From positions 1 to 43,296 of the forward strand of contig JAENWZ010000001.1 in the NCBI GenBank assembly GCA_016649795.1: a DNA stretch of 43,296 bases, in the 5' to 3' direction. The stretch's first letter is position 1. The number at the start of each line of letters is the position of its first letter. A program made the position numbers and the translations under genes. This DNA is from Proteiniphilum sp. Its GTDB lineage: Bacteria > Bacteroidota > Bacteroidia > Bacteroidales > Dysgonomonadaceae. Below are positions 9,402-18,660 of this stretch, in pieces. The notes under the pieces were generated by a model, which saw only the letters and a list, made by a program, of their open reading frames with translations, was not told the DNA's origin and ran no database searches.

Positions 9402-10471
9402 TAAAGCATCTTTACAAAATCCTCAAAGAAAAACCTTGTGTCGGTAGGTCCCCCGGCAGCTTCGGGATGAAACTGTACCGAGAAGAAGGGTTTGGTTTTG
9501 TGCCGTATCCCCTCGTTGGTACCGTCGTTCATGTTCACGAAGTAAGGCTCCCACTCTGTTCCCAGGAGCGATTCATCCACGGCGTAACCATGGTTTTGCG
9601 AGGTGATGAAACAGGTATTTGTTCCCACTTTCCGTACCGGTTGATTGTGGCTGCGGTGCCCGTATTTCAGCTTGTAGGTGCTGGCTCCCGCCGCCTTGGA
9701 GAGGAGTTGGTTTCCCATGCAGATGCCGAAAACGGGCTTCTCCTTTTGCATCGCCTCACGGATATGATCTACTGTGATCCTGCAATAATCGGGATTACCG
9801 GGTCCGTTGGAGATAAAGAGACCGTCATAATTGATATGGCTGAAATCATAATCCCACGGTACCTGGATCAGCCGGATCTTCTCTTTGATGAGCTCCCGTA
9901 CGATGTTCAGCTTCACACCACAATCGATCAGCACCACCTTCTTCTCTCCCTGCCCATATTCGATCACCTCTTTGCAGCTCACTTTTGCCACCTGGTTCTC
10001 GTTCTCCGGATCGTAAAAACCCACCTCATTCTCCTCGTCATATACTATCTTGCCCAGCATGGATCCTTTTTCCCTCAGTATCTTGGTGAGCATGCGCGTA
10101 TCAACACCGTAGATCCCGGGAATACCCTCTTCCTTCAGCCATGCTCCAAGGCTTTTCTCTCCGTTCCAGTGCGAATAATCGTCGCAATAATCCTGTACGA
10201 TGAGTCCGTTTACGTGGATCCGTTCGGACTCAAAAAAATCGGAAACTCCGTTTGTTTCGCTCTGGGCGGGAACTCCGTAATTTCCGATGATGGGATATGT
10301 AAGTGTTAAAATCTGTCCTTCGTAAGAGGGGTCTGTCAGGCTCTCGGGGTAACCGACCATGGCCGTATTGAAAACCACTTCTCCCGATGATGCCTTATGA
10401 GCTCCAAACGATTGTCCGTGAAAAACTAACCCGTTTTCAAGGATCAACCGCACCGGTTTGTCTCTGTGCAT
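9401..10471 (-). CDS. carA: Carbamoyl-phosphate synthase small (glutaminase) subunit
   Basis: GEVVFNTAMVGY, SNGPGNP, GICMGNQ (catalytic Cys), SQNHGYAV, VQFHPE. Confidence 0.97.
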   Translation of the reverse strand: MHRDKPVRLILENGLVFHGQSFGAHKASSGEVVFNTAMVGYPESLTDPSYEGQILTLTYPIIGNYGVPAQSETNGVSDFFESERIHVNGLIVQDYCDDYSHWNGEKSLGAWLKEEGIPGIYGVDTRMLTKILREKGSMLGKIVYDEENEVGFYDPENENQVAKVSCKEVIEYGQGEKKVVLIDCGVKLNIVRELIKEKIRLIQVPWDYDFSHINYDGLFISNGPGNPDYCRITVDHIREAMQKEKPVFGICMGNQLLSKAAGASTYKLKYGHRSHNQPVRKVGTNTCFITSQNHGYAVDESLLGTEWEPYFVNMNDGTNEGIRHKTKPFFSVQFHPEAAGGPTDTRFFFEDFVKML

Positions 10472-10518
10472 AGTGCCTATATTGTTTTGTTGAATTGATA
10501 CCTTCAGATATTAAGATA

Positions 10519-10526
10519 CAAAGGTA
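10519..10526 (-). promoter_or_regulatory. -7 box (TACCTTTG) for carA-carB-carB
   Basis: CAAAGGTA on the + strand, about 48 bp upstream of carA. Confidence 0.6.
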
Positions 10527-10837
10527 AAAAAAAATCTGAAACGTTACAATAGTCCGGCCACATTGGATAAAACATTTTATGAAGGATCCGTAGAGTGAAG
10601 AGAGGCTCTTCTGCCAAAAAAAGTTGTATATTACAGTTTTATTGAACGCTGGGCCTGTTATTAATAAAATTGTTTCCGAAAGGTGACTTTAAAACTATTT
10701 GATCAACAAACGACATGAAATACCAACGTTTCTATATTTTTAACAAAATTAAATCGCTTTCAACTGTTTATAGAGGTGTAATCTTATACAATGAGTATAA
10801 ATGTACAGACAGCATATAATTTTTAGCCAGTATAAAT

Positions 10838-13057
10838 ATGAATAAGATCGCAATAATTGGGAATTATCCCCCCCGTAAATGTGGTATTGCCACGTTTACA
10901 AAAGATTTAAATGACGGAATAAAGGAGAATGGTGTGACCACAGCAGTGGTTGCGATGAATGACGGTTTAAACCGGTATGATTATCCGGACGATGTGGTCT
11001 TTGAAATTGAACAGAATGTGATGGCATCCTACATCAACGCCGCCGAATATCTGAATTCAAATAACTTTGATGCGGTGATCGTGCAGCATGAATTTGGCAT
11101 TTATGGTGGCCAGGACGGTATACACATTATTCAATTGCTGAAGCGTCTACGCATACCCGTAGTCACCACGCTGCATACGGTGATAGACGATCCCACAGAA
11201 AACCAGAGAGTAGTGGTCAATGAGCTCGCACGCATCTCAGAAAAACTCGTTTGTATCTCACAAAAAGGGATTGAACTGCTACATACTATCTACGGTATCC
11301 CCGAATCAAAATGTCTGCACATACACCATGGTGTGCATCAAAAAAGGACTATTGATATCTATAGTTTGAGAAAGAAGCTGGGTGTGGAGAATAAAAAGGT
11401 GTTGCTCACCTTTGGTCTTCTTTCCAGAAACAAATCAATCGAGGTAGTTATCAACGCATTACCTGATGTGGTGAAAAAACATCCCGACACAGTCTATATT
11501 GTTCTGGGGGCTACACACCCACATGTAGTAAAGCATGAGGGGGAAGACTACCGGCTCATGCTCATCAGGCTTGTGAATAAATTGAAACTGGAGAAGAATG
11601 TGATCTTTATTAATCGGTTCGTCTCCAATGAGGAGCTCTTCAGTTACCTGGAATTGTGTGATATTTATGTGATTCCCTACCTGGGTGAAAAACAGATCTC
11701 ATCGGGGACACTCATCTATACCATGGGAGCGGCCAGGCCCATCATCTCCACACCCTTTTGGTATGCCAAAGAGATGCTCGCCAATGAGAGAGGGTTGTTA
11801 TTCGATTTCAAAAGTTCGGATCAGCTGAGCGAAAAAATAAATGCACTCCTTGGTGATGAAGAGAAAAGAAAGACCATCGCGCAGAATGCATTTAACCTGG
11901 CCAAGGAGTGCTATTGGCCCAAGATCGGTCAACAGTATTATGATCTTGTAGACCGGATGATTGCAGAAGACAAAGTAAGAGCCAGCGCTGAGCCGCTGCC
12001 GGTAATGGAGTCCAAGTTTGTCCTTCCTCCCATCAACCTGGATCATTTTCGTTTCTTAACGGACTACACGGGCATCTTGCAGCATGCCAAATACAATGTA
12101 CCCGACAGGAATCATGGCTATTGTACGGACGATAATGCCCGGGCACTGCTGTTGACGGTGATGCTGCAGAACGAGGTGCAGGATGTGGATGAAGTAAACA
12201 GGCTCACCAGCATATACTTGTCGTTTCTCGATTACGCGTACAATCCCCTCAACGGGAAGTTCAGAAATTTTATGAACTATGAAAGAATGTGGCTGGATAA
12301 GGAAGGGTCGGAGGACTGCATTGGCCGTGTAACCTGGGCCATGGGATTCACATCGGCCTACACCAATGTGTGCAATTTTCATTATCATTCCAACCACTTG
12401 TTTGAAAGGGTACTGGAATCAATAGAGACGTTAACCCATCCGCGGGCCTTGTCCTACGCGACACTGGGGTTGGTACATCATGCCAAAGTGCATGAAGCAG
12501 ATACAGTGATTGAGAAACTGGCACACTGTTCAATGAAACTCTACGCCATGTTTGATAAAACCATTGATGAGGAATGGCTCTGGTTCGATGAAAAGGTGAG
12601 TTATGCCAACAGCCGCATCCCCCATGCCATGATCCATGCAGGGATGTTTTTAAATGACAAGTTGATGACTCAACGGGGATTGAAAGTGCTGGATTGGCTC
12701 ATAGAAAAACAATTCAGCAATGGCATCTTCTCCCCCGTAGGCAATAACGGGTGGCTGACCCCACAAGGAAAGGCACCGTTCGATCAGCAGCCGCTTGAAG
12801 CCAATGGCATGATAGATGCCTGCCTACAGGCAGAGGCTTATGTGAAGGATGGGACCTATGCCGATTATGCACTGAAAGCTTTTTATTGGTTCACAGGTGA
12901 GAATGAGTGCGCACAGCCGGTCTATGATTTTGCCACGGGTGGTTGTCGTGACGGTCTTCATCCGGGTGGGGTGAACCTGAACCAGGGGGCAGAGTCGACC
13001 ATCTCATGGCTTATGTCATTGATGAGCATTTCATTTTATCTCCGCAACAAAAAATAA
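10838..13057 (+). CDS. Two-domain protein: N-terminal GT4 glycosyltransferase plus C-terminal (alpha/alpha)-barrel glycosidase-like domain
   Basis: GT-B motifs YPPRKCGIATF, QHEFGIYGG, TFGLLSRNKSIE, QISSGTL in residues ~1-375; C-terminal GYCTDDNARALL, FDQQPLEA, CRDGLHPGGVNLNQGAEST; no signal peptide. Confidence 0.8.
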   Translation: MNKIAIIGNYPPRKCGIATFTKDLNDGIKENGVTTAVVAMNDGLNRYDYPDDVVFEIEQNVMASYINAAEYLNSNNFDAVIVQHEFGIYGGQDGIHIIQLLKRLRIPVVTTLHTVIDDPTENQRVVVNELARISEKLVCISQKGIELLHTIYGIPESKCLHIHHGVHQKRTIDIYSLRKKLGVENKKVLLTFGLLSRNKSIEVVINALPDVVKKHPDTVYIVLGATHPHVVKHEGEDYRLMLIRLVNKLKLEKNVIFINRFVSNEELFSYLELCDIYVIPYLGEKQISSGTLIYTMGAARPIISTPFWYAKEMLANERGLLFDFKSSDQLSEKINALLGDEEKRKTIAQNAFNLAKECYWPKIGQQYYDLVDRMIAEDKVRASAEPLPVMESKFVLPPINLDHFRFLTDYTGILQHAKYNVPDRNHGYCTDDNARALLLTVMLQNEVQDVDEVNRLTSIYLSFLDYAYNPLNGKFRNFMNYERMWLDKEGSEDCIGRVTWAMGFTSAYTNVCNFHYHSNHLFERVLESIETLTHPRALSYATLGLVHHAKVHEADTVIEKLAHCSMKLYAMFDKTIDEEWLWFDEKVSYANSRIPHAMIHAGMFLNDKLMTQRGLKVLDWLIEKQFSNGIFSPVGNNGWLTPQGKAPFDQQPLEANGMIDACLQAEAYVKDGTYADYALKAFYWFTGENECAQPVYDFATGGCRDGLHPGGVNLNQGAESTISWLMSLMSISFYLRNKK

Positions 13058-13065
13058 TTACACGT

Positions 13066-14508
13066 ATGATACAAATGCATAGGCATCCCATAAAAATTTT
13101 TCCCTCCTCGAGGCGTACACTTGTTCGGCCCTTTATACCGAGCAACAAATCCCAAGTGGAGCATATCCTTTTCAGAGCTTTCTCCACCTCTAAAAAAGAG
13201 AGAAAGTATATACTCGATAGTATTTATGAACGGATTGAAGTGCCTCTGAAGACAATCCAATATATATTCCTGAAGCATTACGAAAACATTCAGCATCGGA
13301 TACCGACCAACCTGGAAATGACCGATGAGAACAAACGGTTCATCGGCGCTTTCTTCACCCAACAATATGCGCTGGAATCAACGGCACTTTTCAATCCTTC
13401 CATCGTCACACATCCTGTGCAGGATAGAGAGGGTGTACTACGCTTTATCATCAGCCTTCGGGCCATCGGTGAAGGTCATATTTCATCCATCACCTTCATG
13501 GAGGGAGAGATCGATTCCGATTTCAATATCACAGTGGCAGAAAACTCCCCTGTCATTTATGAGCCGGAACGCACCGAGCATAATTATGAAAAAGAGCTGT
13601 TCATAAGAAAAGCACATGAGCTGGGTATCCTGACAAATTTGAACAGATCCATGTTTGATAGGATGTCCGATGAGTTTTCTTATGATGAGCTTACGAGAGA
13701 AATAAATAGAACATTCAAAGAGAATACCACCGCCAGCACAGAAGAGCTGGAGGTTTCCATGAATAATATCCGGTCGCTGGCATTGTCAAATTTCTCCCTC
13801 AATTTTACGACGGATAATATCTCCGAGCGGGCTATCTATCCGGCATCACCCTCACAGAGTAACGGGTTGGAGGATGCTCGTTTTGTGCAGTTCACACGTG
13901 ACGACCAGAGTGTGATCTACTACGCTACCTTTACGGCTTATAACGGAAAGACCATCATGCCTGAGATGCTTGAGACAGAAGATTTCAAAGAGTTTAAAAT
14001 TTCCACGCTGAATGGTCCGGCAGTCAAAAACAAAGGGATGGCTCTTTTTCCGCGGAAAATAAACGGTTATTACATGATGCTGGGTCGTCAGGACAACGAA
14101 TCACTCTATATCATGAAATCGGACAACCTCTATTTCTGGTATGAATATCAGTCATTGATGAAACCGACCTACGAGTGGGAGCTGATACAGATAGGTAACT
14201 GCGGATCACCCATAGAGATTGAAGAGGGTTGGCTGGTGATCACCCACGGTGTGGGTCCTGTGAGAACCTATTCCCTCGGAGCTGTATTGCTCAATAAAGA
14301 GGATCCGCTGAAGGTGATAGGGCGTCTGAAAGAGCCATTGCTTACACCGACAAAAGAGGAGAGCGCGGGCTATGTTCCCAACGTGATTTACACCTGTGGT
14401 GCGATGGTTGTCAACCGCACACTGGTATTGCCCTATGCCATCGGGGACGTGATGACGACCTTTGCCACTATCAGTGTAGATGAGTTACTTCTTGAAATGA
14501 AGAAATGA
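13066..14508 (+). CDS. GH130-like (DUF377) beta-mannoside phosphorylase/glycosidase, long form
   Basis: LFNPSIV, GLEDARFV, YATFTAYNG, KNKGMALFP, THGVG, GYVPNVIYTCG. Start moved from 13006 to the ATG at 13066, just after the upstream stop; 480 aa. Confidence 0.82.
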   Translation: MIQMHRHPIKIFPSSRRTLVRPFIPSNKSQVEHILFRAFSTSKKERKYILDSIYERIEVPLKTIQYIFLKHYENIQHRIPTNLEMTDENKRFIGAFFTQQYALESTALFNPSIVTHPVQDREGVLRFIISLRAIGEGHISSITFMEGEIDSDFNITVAENSPVIYEPERTEHNYEKELFIRKAHELGILTNLNRSMFDRMSDEFSYDELTREINRTFKENTTASTEELEVSMNNIRSLALSNFSLNFTTDNISERAIYPASPSQSNGLEDARFVQFTRDDQSVIYYATFTAYNGKTIMPEMLETEDFKEFKISTLNGPAVKNKGMALFPRKINGYYMMLGRQDNESLYIMKSDNLYFWYEYQSLMKPTYEWELIQIGNCGSPIEIEEGWLVITHGVGPVRTYSLGAVLLNKEDPLKVIGRLKEPLLTPTKEESAGYVPNVIYTCGAMVVNRTLVLPYAIGDVMTTFATISVDELLLEMKK

Positions 14509-14512
14509 AGAA

Positions 14513-15526
14513 ATGAAAATAGCAATGTTGTCTCCCATCGCCTGGCGAACACCTCCTGTGCATTACGGTCCTTGGGAACTGGTCACTTCACTGTTGACCG
14601 AAGAATTGGTGAAGAACGGAGTGGATGTAACTCTCTTCGCTACTGGTGACTCCATGACAGGAGCCACGCTGAAATGGGTATGTCCAAAGGGGTACGAGGA
14701 GGACAGGAGCATCGATCCCAAGGTGTGGGAGTGCCTGCATATCTCCAACTGCTTCGATCATGCAGATGAGTTTGATATTATCCATAACCAGTTTGATTTC
14801 CTCCCTTTATCGTACGCGGGATTGACAGACAGACCGGTTGTAACGACCATCCACGGCTTCTCTTCTCCACGGATCATGCCGGTCTTCAGGAAGTATAATC
14901 ACCGCACACACTATGTGTCGATCAGTAATGCAGACCGGTCGCCCGAGCTGGATTATATCGCCACCATTCACCACGGTATCGACACCGACAGCTTTACCTA
15001 TAATTACAATCCCCGGGGCGATTATATGCTCTATTACGGGCGTATTCACCCTGACAAAGGGACAAAAGAGGCGGTAGAGATAGCGCAAGCCCTGGATATG
15101 CGTTTAATCATCGCCGGGATCATTCAGGATGATGCCTATTTCAACATCCATGTGAAACCTTTTCTGAAGGAGGGCAAGATTGAATATATCGGCAGTGTTG
15201 GCGATGACAGGCGCGATGCATTGCTGGGCAATGCCCTGCTGCTGCTGCATCCGATCAGCTTCAGTGAGCCTTTCGGCCTCTCCATCGTGGAGGCGATGGC
15301 ATGCGGCACACCGGTAGTGGCATTTAATAAGGGAAGCATGCCTGAACTGATCAGGGATGGGGAGACCGGCTTCCTGGTGGAGAACATGGAGGAAGCCATC
15401 GTGAAGATCAAAAAAATAGACAGTGTCAGCCGCCACTCCTGCAGAGTGCATGTGGAGCAAAACTTCAGCAAGGAGATCATGGCGAAGCGTTACATCGAAG
15501 TATACAACAAGATTTTAAAAGGATAA
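14513..15526 (+). CDS. GT4 glycosyltransferase
   Basis: MKIAMLSPIAWRTPPVHYGPWE, YGRIHPDKG, EPFGLSIVEAMACGTPV (EX7E motif). Confidence 0.9.
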   Translation: MKIAMLSPIAWRTPPVHYGPWELVTSLLTEELVKNGVDVTLFATGDSMTGATLKWVCPKGYEEDRSIDPKVWECLHISNCFDHADEFDIIHNQFDFLPLSYAGLTDRPVVTTIHGFSSPRIMPVFRKYNHRTHYVSISNADRSPELDYIATIHHGIDTDSFTYNYNPRGDYMLYYGRIHPDKGTKEAVEIAQALDMRLIIAGIIQDDAYFNIHVKPFLKEGKIEYIGSVGDDRRDALLGNALLLLHPISFSEPFGLSIVEAMACGTPVVAFNKGSMPELIRDGETGFLVENMEEAIVKIKKIDSVSRHSCRVHVEQNFSKEIMAKRYIEVYNKILKG

Positions 15527-15579
15527 CTGGTTACAGTAAACAAACGGCTTCCACAACACCTTCACTCCGGTGATCACCA

Positions 15580-15774
15580 TTAGCTCTTCTCTTTACTCAT
15601 GTCTAAGATCCATAAGATTACGCCCACAATCACCACCACGATGGTGATGATGGGGAAAAAACCCAAAATATATTCCCACCCTCTCCATGCTCCGAAAAGG
15701 AGATAACCGCCAGCCAACAATACACCGGCCAGTGTAGCAAGAAGGTTTGCTGTTCTTTTTTTCAGTCGTGCCAT
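15580..15774 (-). CDS. Small membrane protein (two predicted TM helices)
   Basis: 64 aa, basic N-terminus, two hydrophobic stretches, AT-rich sequence before the ATG. Confidence 0.6.
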   Translation of the reverse strand: MARLKKRTANLLATLAGVLLAGGYLLFGAWRGWEYILGFFPIITIVVVIVGVILWILDMSKEKS

Positions 15775-15946
15775 AATTTATACTCTTTCTAAATAATAAA
15801 ATTACCGGGGTCAAAATTATACTTTTTCCCCGACATATCAACCCGCAGAGAGGATATATTTCACCATTCACTCTACCGTGAAGAAGCGGGCATCAATCTT
15901 CATCCAAATTCCTTCTCTTTTGGTCTCTAAAAAGAGTCAATATCCG

Positions 15947-15964
15947 CAAAGATATTTATCTTTG
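15947..15964. promoter_or_regulatory. Back-to-back divergent -7 boxes (CAAAGATA-tt-TATCTTTG)
   Basis: Perfect 8-bp inverted repeat, each arm TATCTTTG, between divergent genes. Confidence 0.6.
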
Positions 15965-15997
15965 TAAGTAACTATAGATAATAAAAATCAACTGAGT

Positions 15998-16699
15998 ATG
16001 AAAAACTGGATTATAGAAGCGGTGATTATGGCCGTTGGATTGGCACTGATAGGCTTTATGATCAATGCCGGCATCAGCAATTTTAAAGATAGAGACCGTG
16101 TGGTGAGTGTGAAGGGACTGGCAGAGATGGAGGTAGCGGCAGATAAGGTTGTCTGGCCATTGATGTATAAAGAGTTGGGGAACGATCTTCTGACGTTATA
16201 TAACAATATACAAACAAAAAACAGCACCATCGTCTCATTCCTGAAAGCCAACGGGATCACCGATGAAGAGTTAAGCGTGGCAGCACCGGAGATCATTGAT
16301 ATGGAGGCGGAGCGCTATTCCGCACAAGCCCCTCAATACCGCTACAACGCCACATCGGTTATCACGGTCACCTCTAAAGATGTAGAGAAAGTACGCAAGC
16401 TGATCTCGGGGCAGACAGAATTACTGAAACAAGGTGTTGCTATCACGGGAGGCGATTATCGCTTTAACACCCTTTACGAATTTACAGGGTTGAACGACAT
16501 CAAACCGCAGATGATTGAGGAGGCTACCAAGAATGCGCGACTTGCAGCCGAGAAATTCGCCATCGATTCGGGCAGTAAGCTGGGCAAGATACGGGATGCT
16601 TCACAGGGACAGTTCACCATATCTGACCGGGATGCCAACACCCCTTTTATCAAGAACGTGCGTGTTGTAACGACAGTGAATTATTACTTAAAAAACTAA
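15998..16699 (+). CDS. SIMPL (DUF541) domain protein
   Basis: N-terminal TM, VSVKGLAEMEVAAD, EATKNARLAAEKFA, LGKIRDASQGQF. Confidence 0.88.
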   Translation: MKNWIIEAVIMAVGLALIGFMINAGISNFKDRDRVVSVKGLAEMEVAADKVVWPLMYKELGNDLLTLYNNIQTKNSTIVSFLKANGITDEELSVAAPEIIDMEAERYSAQAPQYRYNATSVITVTSKDVEKVRKLISGQTELLKQGVAITGGDYRFNTLYEFTGLNDIKPQMIEEATKNARLAAEKFAIDSGSKLGKIRDASQGQFTISDRDANTPFIKNVRVVTTVNYYLKN

Positions 16700-16712
16700 T
16701 CAATCTGCTTTC

Positions 16713-17405
16713 TCATAAAGAGAACCGTTTCCCTTCGCTCAGAAATACTTCATATCTTTCGCGGTTGAAAGAGTAGAAGTAGGCACCCCGTTTAGAGCTC
16801 TCTTTGTCTTTGATCTCCAGCTTGTCGAGCAGATCCATCGTACCCAGTTTCTTGCGAAAATTTCGTTTATCCATCGGCATCTGATAGATCGCCTCATAGA
16901 GATCCTGCAAGGCGGGAAGGGTGAATTTTTCGTCGAAGAAATTGAAGATGACCGGCTTTGTGGATACTTTGTACTGAAGCAGTCTCAAGGCGTCATATAC
17001 CATCTGATTGTGGTCGAACACCAGCCGGGGTAACTCTTTAACATTGATCCATCTGGCATCGAACTTACGTGCCAGCGAAGTGTCAAAGTTCTCCATCTTT
17101 ACAAGTGCATAGAAGGCTACCGATATCACCCTGTCACCGATGTCGCGATTGACCTCGCCATAGGCAGCCACCTGTTCCATATAGATATTTTTCTGTTGCG
17201 TGTATCGGTACAACACCTTTTCGGCTGCCCGGGTGAGACTCTCATTCTCTTCCATAAACCCACCCATGAGCGACCATTCGTTTTTCAGTGGTTCCACCGG
17301 ACGGCGGGTGAGCAATACATGAAGTTCTTTTTTCCTGAAACCAAAGATGATGCAATCAACGGCTATCAGAAAATGAGCATTGTTTTCATAATATGTTGGT
17401 ATCAT
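16713..17405 (-). CDS. NrtR/AraR-family regulator (degenerate Nudix domain plus C-terminal wHTH)
   Basis: AVDCIIFGF, WSLMGGF with a degenerate Nudix box, LVFDHNQMV, FTLPALQDLYEAI...DKRNFRKK. Confidence 0.88.
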   Translation of the reverse strand: MIPTYYENNAHFLIAVDCIIFGFRKKELHVLLTRRPVEPLKNEWSLMGGFMEENESLTRAAEKVLYRYTQQKNIYMEQVAAYGEVNRDIGDRVISVAFYALVKMENFDTSLARKFDARWINVKELPRLVFDHNQMVYDALRLLQYKVSTKPVIFNFFDEKFTLPALQDLYEAIYQMPMDKRNFRKKLGTMDLLDKLEIKDKESSKRGAYFYSFNRERYEVFLSEGKRFSL

Positions 17406-17430
17406 TGCAGATAAGGTAAATAATAAGATT

Positions 17431-17476
17431 AAAAAAGGCTGGAAGCATCACCCCAAAGGGTAACAACTTCCAACCT
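17431..17476 (-). terminator. Intrinsic terminator after galK
   Basis: - strand AGGTTGGAAG-TTGTTACCC-TTT-GGGGTGATG-CTTCCAGCCT followed by a T tract. Confidence 0.7.
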
Positions 17477-17493
17477 ATGTGTAAAAATATGAA

Positions 17494-18642
17494 TTAAAGT
17501 TTACGTGCGCCGTCACTAATCACGACTTCGTACACTTTCGGTTCATGTCCGTATTTAGCTTTGAATTGTTCGCTGGCATCCTTTATGAATGAATCGTACA
17601 ACGCATCTTTCACAAGGTTGATGGTGCATCCACCAAAGCCGCCACCCATCACACGTGAACCGGTGACGCCATGCTCACGGGCAACATCGTTGAGGAAATC
17701 AAGCTCTTCGCAGCTTACCTCATAGAGCTTGCTCATACCATGATGTGTTTCGAACATCTTCTCCCCCACGGTTTCATAATCACCGCGCTCCAATGCATCA
17801 CTGACATCCCTTACACGTTGAGTCTCTTCAATCACATACTGAGCACGCATAAAATCCTCTGCTGAAATCTCATCCTTCACCTCATTCAGCATCTCCATTG
17901 ATGCATCACGCAGGAACTCCACCCCGGGGTGACGTTTGGCGATGGTTCTCGCAGCATGTTCACACGATTCGCGACGTTTGTTGTAGGCAGATGAGGCCAG
18001 CTCATGCTTGACCACGGTGTCCAGAAGTACCAGCTTATAACCTTTGGGATCGAACGGGAAATAGGCATACTCCATCGATTTGGTATCGAGACGTATCAGA
18101 TGTCCCTTCTTTCCGAAGATGGAAGCGAACTGATCCATGATACCACATTTTACTCCCACATAGTTGTGCTCAGTGCTCTGTCCAATACGGGCAAGCTCAA
18201 ACTGATCGATGCCGAGATTCAGCAAATCGTTCAAAGCATAAGCGTAAGTGCTCTCTAAAGCTGCTGATGAGGACATTCCGGCACCCAGGGGTACATCACC
18301 TGAGAAAACGGTATCGAATGCTTTTACAGTGCCTCCTCTTTTGATGATCTCGCGGCAAACGCCGAAAAGGTATTTAGCCCATCCCTCTTTGGGAAGATCC
18401 TCTTCATTGAGTCCGAACTCGGCAGTTTCGTCCAGGTCGATGGCATAAGCCCTGACCCTGTCGGTACCGTTGAAACGGATGGCAGCGATCATTCCTTTAT
18501 CTATTGCACCGGGAAAAACGAAGCTGCCGTTGTAATCGGTATGCTCTCCGATGAGGTTGACACGCCCGGGAGAGGTGTACACCTCGGGCATTTCGTTCCC
18601 GAATCTGTTCTGGAATTGACTGATTATATTGTTTTTGGTCAT
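17494..18642 (-). CDS. galK: Galactokinase
   Basis: PGRVNLIGEHTDYN, PLGAGMSSSAA, CGIMDQF, GSRVMGGGFGGC. Confidence 0.96.
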   Translation of the reverse strand: MTKNNIISQFQNRFGNEMPEVYTSPGRVNLIGEHTDYNGSFVFPGAIDKGMIAAIRFNGTDRVRAYAIDLDETAEFGLNEEDLPKEGWAKYLFGVCREIIKRGGTVKAFDTVFSGDVPLGAGMSSSAALESTYAYALNDLLNLGIDQFELARIGQSTEHNYVGVKCGIMDQFASIFGKKGHLIRLDTKSMEYAYFPFDPKGYKLVLLDTVVKHELASSAYNKRRESCEHAARTIAKRHPGVEFLRDASMEMLNEVKDEISAEDFMRAQYVIEETQRVRDVSDALERGDYETVGEKMFETHHGMSKLYEVSCEELDFLNDVAREHGVTGSRVMGGGFGGCTINLVKDALYDSFIKDASEQFKAKYGHEPKVYEVVISDGARKL

Positions 18643-18660
18643 ACTAAAATCAATTAAATA

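Noticed and set aside
9329-9403. carA-carB fusion by frameshift through the 24-aa N-terminal extension
   Set aside because: The TAATG overlap is ordinary translational coupling, no clear slippery site was seen, and the start may be at 9329.
9341-10309. 322-aa + strand ORF
   Set aside because: Antisense shadow of carA with no recognisable domain.
10472-10837. Riboswitch, pyrimidine attenuator or ARG box in the carA/GT4 spacer
   Set aside because: Only weak AT-rich palindromes were seen; no convincing hairpin with T tract or consensus match.
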